DNA from: Chiloscyllium plagiosum
Lineage: Eukaryota
Assembly (NCBI RefSeq): GCF_004010195.1
Contig: NC_057718.1
Location: forward strand, 41,499,803-41,563,802
DNA length: 64,000 nt
Direction: 5' to 3'
Part shown: positions 51,085 to 61,062 of the stretch, piece by piece
Numbering within the stretch: the stretch's first letter is position 1
Layout: the number at the start of each line of letters is the position of its first letter
The notes under the pieces: model-generated
The model's database searches: none
What the model saw: only the letters and a program-made list of their open reading frames with translations
What the model was told of the DNA's origin: nothing
Position numbers and translations under genes: made by a program

Positions 51085-51822
51085 GTGTTGATCAGACAGA
51101 CTGATCACTGGCAAATGGAATTCAACCCAGACAAATGTAAGGCGATGTACTTATGCAGGACAAACAAGGAAAGGGAATACATGATGAACAGGAGGATTCT
51201 GGCAAGCCACAAGAGGCACCTTGGTATACATGTCCAGTTGTCCTTAAGGTATCAGGACGGGTAGATAAAGTGGTTGACAAGGTATATGGGATACTTGCAG
51301 TTTTTAGCTGAGCATAGAGTTTAAAGGCAGGAAGGCTACATTAGAACTATACAAAATGGTGTTTTTAGGTCACAGCAATAGTATTGTGTGCAGTTCTGGA
51401 ATCCACATATAGGAGGGATGTTATAGCACTGGAGTAGGTGCAGAGAGAGATTTGCCAGGATGTTGCCTGGGCTGCAGAGTTTCAGCTGTGAAGAGAGATC
51501 TGACAGACTGGGATTGTTTCCTCAGAGGTGATTGAGAGGGGACATGATTGAGAGATATGAAATTATGAGGGTAGACAAGAAGAGACATTTCCCCTTGATA
51601 GAGGGATCAAAGACCAGGAGACATGGATTGAAGATAAAGGGCAGAAGTTTAGAGTTGTGAAGGAAAAACATTTTCATTCACAGGGTGGTGGGAATTTGGA
51701 AGTCATTGCCTGGTAGAGGCTGAAACCCTAAGTATAGTTAAGAAGCATTTAGATGCGTACTTGAGATGCCATAACATACAAGGCTATGAGTCAAGTTCTG
51801 GAAAACAGGATTAGAATAGTTA
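51085..51822 (+). mobile_element. Decayed CR1 LINE 3' region; its tail resumes at ~52570-52640
   Basis: Remnants WQMEFNPDKCK, YCVQFWNPH and RGDMIE; the end gaagggcc...tatgactcta lies beyond the nested element. Confidence 0.85.
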
Positions 51823-52563
51823 TAGAGTCATTCAGCATGGAAACAGACTCTTCGATCCAACTAGTCCACGCTAACTGTCTTCCCAAATTCAAGAGTCTCA
51901 CTGTGTTTGGCCTATATCCCTCCAAACATTTCCTATTCATGTACTTATACAAATGTCTTTTAAATGTTGCAACTGTACCTGCATCCATCACTTCCTCTGG
52001 CAGTTACACTCCACACACGAGTCACTTTCTGTGTAAACACATTGCCCCTCTTGGCCTTTTTAAAGCTTTCGCCTCTGACCTTAACAATGTGCTGCCTAGT
52101 TTTGAACTCATTCACCTTAGGAAAAGATCTTTGCTGTTCATCTTATCTATACTCCTCATGATTTTATAAATTTCTATAATGTTGCCCTCAACCTCCTACA
52201 CTCCCGTGGAAAAAGTCCCAGCCTAGTTTTATAATTCAAACCCTCCATTCCAGCAACATCCTGGTAAATTTTTTCTGAACCCTCCTATATCCTTCCTATA
52301 GCAACGCAACCAGAACTGCACCCAGTACTCCCAAAGATGCCTCACTGACATCCTGTATAACTTCAACATGACTCCTCAACTCCTATACTCAAAGGTCTGA
52401 GCAATGAAGGCAAGATTGCTAAATGCCTTTTTTAACCACCCTGTCCACCTGTGATACAAATTTCAAAGAATTATGTACTTGAACCTTTAGGTGTCTGTTC
52501 TACAACATTACCCAGAGCCCTACCACTAATTGTATAAGTCCTGCCTATGTTTGTTACATTAAA
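51823..52563 (-). mobile_element. CR1 LINE 3' fragment nested in opposite orientation
   Basis: ORF 51791..51991 (MDAGTVATFKRHLYKYMNRK); tail tagagtcattcagcatggaaacagac. Confidence 0.9.
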
Positions 52564-53164
52564 ATATAAATTAGGTGGTTGTTTTTGACCAGAATGGATG
52601 TGATGGAATGAAGGGCCTTTCAAGTCCGTATGACTCTACCTCTGCAGCAGTTATTCTAACAAAATCATAACCCCGAAATGTAATGTAAAAAATATAGTTT
52701 AGTCTGAATCTGCTGAGCCAATATTTAACTTTTAACAGGTTACACTTAATGATGGGTATGAGTAAGAGTGATTTATATTCTAAAATTTTCTTAATTCTCT
52801 TCTTCTCTCTTTAAGGTATTGCAAAATCATGGACAGCTGCTGTCCTCCAGAATCTCATCAAAGACACATTAAAAAGGAAGCAGAAGAAATCAGCATTATT
52901 CTGTGTTTCAACAATTTATGCAGAGCTTGGCTCCAATGACCGCTTGTCAACTGGGTGTGGGAATCCCTGCTGATTTCTTTTCCTCCCTAACTTGAGGGCC
53001 AAATTTATGTGGAGGCAGGCAGACCCTGTGGATCTAAAAGATGATAGGCAAGTCCTGGATGCAGAAATCCTCCCCAGTTTCCAATGATCCAATTTTTAAT
53101 CAGTGGAGGAATGGGCCAAACTTGATTCACAAAGGCACAGACAAAAACCCAGGAGAGCCATATG

Positions 53165-53264
53165 ATTCTGATGAAGGGTCACTGGACAGGAAATGTTCAC
53201 TCTGCTTTCTCTCCACAAATAGTGCCAGATCTGCTCATTTTCACCTGCAATTTCTGTTTGTGTT
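53165..53264 (+). mobile_element. Family B short element with decayed hammerhead
   Basis: ctgatgaagggtcactggacaggaaatgttcactctgctttctctccaca. Confidence 0.7.
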
Positions 53265-53810
53265 AGGGCCATACCAACTTAATGTAAAGTTTAAACAGAT
53301 GTCATTTGTGCTGCTTCACAGGTCTAATGCCAAATATTTGTTATGAATTGCTGGAGTAAATGTATATATCCTTGAAGGGTACATAGGTCTGTTTAAGTGT
53401 CATAATGAAAAATATTCTCCCACTCACAAATATGAAAAATTAGAGTTTTTAAGAGTTTAAGACTTTTAAGAGCAAGAGTTATAAAAATAAAAAAAACTTT
53501 GCCATACTGCTTTGATCGACAGGCCATCTGGTGAAGTTAGAAAAAATGATTACCATTTGGTCATGCTTTATTAATAGAGTACTTTGTTGTTATTTAACCA
53601 AGGGATAAAATTATGTTAGAACAAAGACTTGGCTAAGTTTCAAATATCTCAGCACATGGCTCTGAGTTCAGAGCTTATTAGTTTAAAGGGGCTATTAAAG
53701 AATTAGCTATCTAAATAGAAGACTTCTTTTTGTTCACCCATTTGGGGATTTCCCCCAATTTGTCTTAGTTGTGAAAATCTAGTCCACTACGGCCAATTTC
53801 CATTATTAGT

Positions 53811-53972
53811 TAATGGGATATGCTCATCTCTAGCTGAGGCAGCATTCATTGTCCATTCCTAATTGCCCAGAGGCAGTTAAAATTCAATCACATTGCCATA
53901 AGTCTGGAATCACATGTAAGCCAGATCAGATAAGGAGGTCAGATTTCCTTCCCTAAATAGCACTAGTGAAGA
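53811..53972 (-). mobile_element. DeuSINE (SacSINE1-like) fragment
   Basis: LINE-like tail (gcattcattgtccattcctaattgccc) joined directly to the Deu-like block cagaggcagttaaaattcaatcacattgcc...gatttccttccctaa. Confidence 0.65.
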
Positions 53973-56935
53973 AAATTAGAATGTTTCAAAATGTTTCCAT
54001 TTTTCTTTAACTCACCACAGTCCAGAACCTGAACTGAGGGCACTTCCCAGTCTTCCCTGCACTACGGAATGCTGTATCGAACAGAAGGAGAAAGATAATG
54101 TTAAATTTTAAATTAGCATGGATAGAATCTCTCAGTGAGAGACTCCATAACCACGGAATCTCTGGTTTAGATTCAAATCTTTAGAAAGCTGAATGTGCTT
54201 TTGCTTGTTGATTAACAGTTCTCTTTTCATGCCTCTTTGTTGGTTATTTCGCTAAATACCTGGATTTTAGTTTAAATGCTAGGTTTTGATCCTTTGAAAA
54301 AATAATTACCATAGTATAATTCATTTGTTCACCAGTCGATAGTTAGTAAATCTGTCTCAATGCACGATAAATTGACATATTTGAACAGGAAGTCTGCATC
54401 CATAGCCTAAACATATAGTACCTGTAGCTAGGAAATTGAGGTATATGTATAGATGGTAGATATACACTTATGGTGTGTGCTTCATACAGTGTAAGATCTG
54501 TCATCCCAATACTAATTTTAAAATTAGTTACATATGGAATAGTTGTGGTTAAAAACAGAAGACTTACACCTTGAATACTCTTAACTATTCAACTAAAGTA
54601 CTCTATTTGTTTAGTGCATTAGTGAAGTTTGCTTCCTTCCTAACAAGAAGTTAATGATATAAGGAAACAGGCTCTCATGATGCCTTTTAGACAAATTAAA
54701 CAGATTAAGTCATCTTTTGCCAAGTTCAAAACCAGACAGGGGGTGGAATTGGGGCAGGAGAGAGCGTGGGACCATAGTTTAAATTCAGAGACTCAATGTG
54801 TTGGTGATGAAAGTATCCTTAATAACCTTAATAATTAATGGCTCCACGTTATGAGACATGGAAATGTATGAAAATATGGACTTATATTTTAAAAATCAGA
54901 CTTTTGATGTCTGGTTTACATCTTAGATATTTCCGGACAGCCTACTCAAAAACAGAGCTGTCTAATCCAAAACTGGACGGGTGGCAACACCAGCAGCAGA
55001 AACTAGGAAGCTCCACAAAAGGACAGCTGAGACCGTTTGAGAAAAGAATGCTGTAATACTGTAGTACATTCCACAGGGAAGACAGCTGGAGCTGCGAAAG
55101 AAAAAACACAATAAAAAGAAGAATATACAGAATTAAAGCAATTAAATGGTCTGTTAAGTAAATAGCAATGGACTTGCAGTGTGATGTGTACTATTGGCTT
55201 TTGTTCAATTCAGGGACAACTGGAAGACTGAAGAGTTAAGAGTCTGGTCCTGCAATTATTCAGCCAAGTGTTTGTACGGCGAGACAGGACACACATGCCT
55301 CCATTATATTTCTTCAAAGTTGGAATCAATTCATGCCAATGTGGTGCACACATGCAATACCTTTTCCACTGTGTGAAGGATACATGTGCCAGGACTGACT
55401 GTCTGGCCTTTTTTTAATCTTGATAAATCATTGGCAAATGATTGAAGGGCCGAGAAACTGCATGTTGGGAGATATGTAAACCTCAATGAAAACAACTACA
55501 GTATTTCAAGCACCATTCCAATTACTTCCTTAAATGTTTAAAAACAAAACTTAAAAACTTGTAAAAGAATGATCCAACATGAATCTAACAAAAATATTGT
55601 ATTTATGTGCCTGGAGCCATTGCAACAAATGGAGCAATATGAGAAGAAAAAAAGATGTACATTTGCCTAGCACCTTTCACAGCCTCAGCACATCCCATCA
55701 ATCTTTCCAATCAATAATATAATATAGGAAAGCTGACACTCTGCAGAAGAGGAAGAGTGTGTGTCTGAGTTTACATGTCTGAGCATGTGTGCGTGTCAAC
55801 ATCTGCATGTGTGTCTAATGCTAGGCAGTCTGGTACAAGTGTAGAGGAGAGAAATGAATGTATCTTGGATGCCTGTTGGTTGATTATAGTATGATTCATT
55901 AACACACACATTTGGCAATACCAAAGTTTTGTGACCTCGAGTCTAAATCAAAATCTGAAATGGGCTAACTGCCCAGTCATTAACACTGTAAAATTGTTAC
56001 CATTTTGTAGTGGATTTTTAAAGTAAACTAAAATGCTTGCAGTTGGCACCTATTGTACATGTTGGCTGTAATACTGCACAAAGAATTGGAATTGTTTTGA
56101 AATACAATCCATAGAAAAATATTCTCAGAAATTTGGGATTCAAGTGTAATTTATATAAAAGACGCAGCTGCTCTGGTGAACCTGAAGCTAAAGGGAAGGA
56201 CATTTGGTCGATGTATCAACGCTCAAAGACAGAGGGAGCAACCACAGAAGAAAGAGAGCAGGCGAAGTGAAAGGTATTAAGTTCTCACAGAATTCCTGTG
56301 GCTTGGGTCTATCTTCTGGAATTATTAGACACAAATTCTCCTCCCTGTTTCCCTGGTGCAGAACACACACCTAGTCAGTTTACTACAAATAGCCAACCTG
56401 ACTTCAATCAATCTCTGACTGGAAGGCAACTTCTGTATTTTCAGGGTGGTCGTGGATAGAAACTGAATAGAAACCTTCATGAATAAATAGGGCCACGTTT
56501 TAGGATTAGAAACGCCCTGCTTATGGTCATAGACAGAGCATCCTGGCTTGTAGAATCCAATGGAAATCAGTTCTGCAGGTTTGGCATTTAATTTTAGCCC
56601 TGCTCTATTATGGGACTATGTCTGGCGCGGCTGTTGAAAGATCCCATTGGCAACAGGTGGGAATTCCATTACGTTTTTAAAGAGGGACTGGTAGTTCATG
56701 ACTTCACTTCCCAGCTCATGGATATCCTGGGCTCCAGATCCAACAATGCTGCCATGCCTTCCAGTAATATCTGAACCCAAACTTTTACCCTTAATTATTC
56801 AATTAAGCAAGGCAGGAATGTTTAGGAAGGATTTGCCAGTCCTAAGTCATTCAGAATTGATTTTGATGATAATCATCCCACCCCTCATACTGAGAATTTA
56901 TATTGGCTGCAAAAGGAATAAACATAGCCATCATA

Positions 56936-57158
56936 ATCAAGATTAGAGTGGTGCTGGAAAAGCACAGCAGGCCAGGCAGCATCCGAGAAGCAGGAAAATC
57001 GACGTTTCGGGCAAAAGCCCTTCATCAGAATCGGCTTCATGGTTCCTGATATAGGGTTTTTGCCCAAAACATCGATTTTCCTGCTCCTCAGATGCTGCCT
57101 GACAAGCTGTCCTTTTCCAGCACTACTCTAATCTCAGCATCTGCAGTATCCACTTCTG
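56936..57158. mobile_element. Fold-back hammerhead-type element (family A variant), 13-bp TSD
   Basis: TSD CATAGCCATCATA at 56923-56935 and 57159-57171; imperfect inverted arms. Confidence 0.9.
57001..57028 (-). ncRNA. Minimal hammerhead ribozyme core with canonical CUGAUGA
   Basis: CUGAUGA-A-GGGC-UUUU-GCCC-GAAA-CGUC. Confidence 0.7.
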
Positions 57159-60077
57159 CATAGCCATCATAGAGTTTGCTTTTTCCCTCTCTCATGTTGC
57201 AGCTTGGCATTTGCTATGTGAAATCTGCCATGGAAAGGATTCTACCTATCAAAAGGGTTATTTACAGCAACAGTGATTGGGTCTTGCAACTGACAAGTAG
57301 GATTCTATGTAAATGCAATGTGCACATCAAAGATCAAGTACTTGCCAATACAATAATATTTAAATTATTACTTTGAATGAATCCAAAGGAGAGCTCAATA
57401 TTGGCATTGTGATGATCTGATTCAATTCCAATGGAAATTGACAGCAATTAAGAAACAGTAAACATGCCAGTTAGTCAACCATATGGAAAGTCAGAAATAT
57501 TCACAGACCATGTAAAGCTTGTAACTGTGGTGGCATTGTATATCAGAGAGTATTTGTATGGTGGCTGTGTTTGCAAGTTTACAATGAGTTAGAACAGCTT
57601 GTTTACTGCTTCCTGCTCTGATTTACTTAGTGTGTGTATGGGAATAAAATAATTAACAGTAGCTTTTACTAATTACAAGTTAGCAGCCCTTCTTTAATGA
57701 GGAAGGGAAAAACTTGCCCCGCAATGACAATGATAAGAAAAAGAATGTCGCTGCAGTTTTGCCACCTACGAAGTTAAAGAAGCAACATTAGCGCAATATG
57801 GATTATCACATTATTTTCATCTTTCACTGACCATGTCAGGAAGTTATGAAATTATTATTAAAGGGGAGGGAACTAAAAATGCAAGTCTTTTATATGCAGG
57901 TTGAAGGCCAGATTTCCTCAATTCACCTGACAAGACTGCAACAGACCTTCCACCCACCACCCCAAATTCTGCCAGCTTCCTGTGCTGGAGGTCATTGGAT
58001 TTTCATCACAATATTCCCTCACAATCACCAACAGCAGTTGAGAGCACATCAGTGAACCACAGGAAAATAAGATTTTGTTGCATCAGGACAACAACTGCAA
58101 CATGGGAAATACTACCGGGCCCTGAACATTGGATGAACTCATTTGAGGGATTGAATGGATTTGCAATTTGAGGCTTCAAGAATGGAAGCTTTCAATAGGT
58201 TTTCAATTTGAGAGATAAGATATCTCTATTAAACCACCTCCCTCCCCCCACCCCCCACCCCATGTTTTCCACCCCTCCTCACGCACCATTTGAAAGGATT
58301 TTGGAAACTTTGCGCAAATCTCAAATCTACTTCCACCTTTCCTAGGAAGCCAGCAGGAAGAGATCCGGGTATCTGCAATGTCTATCCATGATCCTTTTTC
58401 CTCTCACCATAACAACTCCTGTTCAAATGCAGGAGGTAGAGAAAGCATTCCCAAGGCTGGTTCTGTCAGGGTTCATGCTAAGAAAATTCAGGCTGGGACA
58501 ATAAAGTGTCAGTTGAATTCACTGTCCCATTTCCTCTCACTGTCTCCCATGATCCCACTCATTTCAAGGAGGATTAGAGAGGGGATTCTAGCCCACACTG
58601 TGTTAGCATCATGAACTGCAGTAGAAACACAGCCAATATTACTTTGCACATGGTCTGAGGAGCATCACGTTCCCAGTACAGATCTAAAGTCTTTACAAAC
58701 CTTCACATTTCATGCTTTTGCTTTTAAAATGCATGTATATTTATCCTTTAAATGTGACTTTTCAATTTTTTTTAATGAATATATTTTCCCATCTGCCTCC
58801 ATTTGATCCTTCCCATTCCACTGACACAAGATGGGCTGGAATGATTTTACCTGCAGTCATTTCCATAATGGCTTTCAACAAAATCAATTGTCAAAATACT
58901 TTCTACCAGGCCCCCACCTGAGCTGAATTTTGTATGGTGTCTTTAGCTAACAAGCCCATTAACAATTGACAATACTTTCCCAAAGAAAATAATCAGTGAA
59001 AGGGGCTCATGAAAATATTCAGCCTTTTGGTTAGGAGTCAAGAACTTGACTCTTTGAGATACTGGCTGGCTTCATACATTCCACATTTCATGAAGTAAAG
59101 AGACTATCAGCTTTACTGCCTGTGCTTTGGGAAATCATTACTTTCAGGGTAGATAAGGAGAGCAATGCCAGGCTGAGTAAAATGCTATTGCCAGCAGATA
59201 ACTGTAGAATGTAGGCTGTAAGTTAATATCAATTCAAACTGTCCAACAGACTCCCTTCTGGATTATATTCATGTTTTGACTGTATATGATCCAACAGTCA
59301 CAATACAGTGTACTGTAGTAGGTAAAAGCTTCTTCAATTCCCACAGACGAATGCTGCAGTCTCAGAAATCTTTTCCCCACTATGAATGAGCTAAACGTTC
59401 AGATCTCCCAGGACCATTTAAGGCTGGGGCTCTTGGGAAAATATATTTGATTCTTAATCAAATTTTCTGACCCTAAATGACTACCACTTTCTCTTGAAAA
59501 TACATTAGAGTTTTGATTTGATTTTATGAGGAGATTGCTTTGTGAAAACAAACTGCAAAGTGTGAAGAATGCTGCCACTTCTGGGAGGCCTTGGCCCACC
59601 CTCATATCTCTCCTATTTTTTTCAGATAGAGATCACTATTCAAAGGTGTTTTTCTCTTGCCATGAAAATGAACTTTATTAAAAGAAGTAATCTTAGAATT
59701 TTCTGGTCATGCTGTCAGTGGTATTATTGACATTATTCAATTTTGGCAGAGCTGCTATTTGCAGCAAATCTATCTCGCCTTCCAATACAAAGGATAGCGA
59801 TACTGTTTAACTTTTATTGTGTGAAAATAAAAGCTTCCTAGAAACATATAATTACAAAGCTAAACTAGTTTTGAATGTATAAGCTCTTGAAATGAGATAA
59901 TATAAGAGCTGTGTATTAATAGGTTGCACTGCAGCACATTCAGGGAAGATGCAAGGCAGCCTTCACTGATCTGTGGCTGACTAAACGCATGATACACATT
60001 TTTGAAGCGAAGTCTTAAGTCATTGTTTAAAATTTTATTCATGCAACAAGATTTACATAAAAAAGGTTAGTGAAACT

Positions 60078-60165
60078 AAAACAAACATAAAGAACGCTGG
60101 AGAAACTCAACAGGCCTGGCGGCATTTCTGGAGAGAAACACTGTTTAGTATGCCAGTTCTTCAGT
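60078..60165. mobile_element. Decayed family B fragment
   Basis: acgctggagaaactcaacaggcctggcggcatttctggagagaaaca. Confidence 0.6.
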
Positions 60166-60844
60166 CATAAAAGCTCTGTTGATTTGAAAAATCTAGTCTA
60201 CTGCAATGCACTGTACTACAGCACATAAGCAATACTACAATATTTTCACAACACATTGCTGGATTTCCTCATTGCTTTATATTGTTTGCAGCGTTAGAGA
60301 TTAAACTTGCTGCATGTAGAATTGACTATTTTTCTCCCAGTTCCCACTTGCACATAAACTAGCTAGTGACTGGAAAAATAGCCTAATAGGCATTCGGAAA
60401 CAATGTAGTTTTTGATCAGAATCCTATGTTTTCTTTTTGCTGAGTGGGGAATTTGGGGCAGGAAAGGTAAATGCAGGAGAACACTAACTTTTGCTGAATA
60501 AAGACAGAGGTTTCTGGAGATTCTGTTAGAATTATAACAACAGTTCATGAAACTGAAACACTGTTGCGTTTTACCATGCATGAGCTATGGAACTACAAAG
60601 CTATGGTGAAAATCAGGCTCTCAAGTGCTTTTAAAGACACAAGGATTGGTCAAGTGATTTGACTGCTAATGGCTTCCTAAAGGGCTGTGCAGAACCATCC
60701 AGGGGCTAAAACAAACCAACCCCAGACCTCTACCCACTGCTGGCAAAACCTCCCTGACTCCAGTACTGTTCTGACACAGCTCCCCACTGTTTTACTGGAA
60801 TTTCACGTTTGTTCCTGCCATTCCATTGTCAGTAAAATATTTTA

Positions 60845-61062
60845 AAAACGTAAATAACTGGAAATCAGAAACAATTCTAAAAATTGCTAGAAAGTCTCAG
60901 CAGGTCTGCCAGCATCTGTGGAGAGAAAGCAGAGTCAATGTTTCAGGTTCAGTGATCCTTCTTCTGAAGAAGTAAAATTTAAAACCGTTAACCTGATGTT
61001 TCTCCTGGTCTGCAGATGCTGCTTGACCTGCTGAGTTTTTCCCAACATTTTCTGCTTTTACT
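60845..61062. mobile_element. Decayed fold-back family B element
   Basis: ctcagcaggtctgccagcatctgtggagagaaagcag is inverted as cagatgctgcttgacctgctgag. Confidence 0.7.

Larger units (their letters stand above)
39550..52750 (+). mobile_element. Heavily decayed Ty3/Gypsy LTR retrotransposon split by nested insertions; outer boundaries approximate
   Basis: In Gypsy order: LTR-end/PBS-like acaaca..tggtga (~39740-39760), knuckle remnant HCGKS (~40540), protease FIVDTAAAIS (~40842-40871), RT remnant AAVLFQKAI..VLKR (~42990-43140), integrase zinc finger THTGIICMK..DSEIE|DLAKHCEV (47490-47582 plus 50509-50535), integrase core TNNGLQFTSEE..PAYHP (ORF 50739..51002). Confidence 0.75.

Noticed and set aside
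31223..57067. Recurring short ORFs (MCCWKSAAGQAAS.EQENRRFGHKPFF) as a small-protein family
   Set aside because: They are translations of the dispersed fold-back repeat; frames, starts and stops differ between copies.
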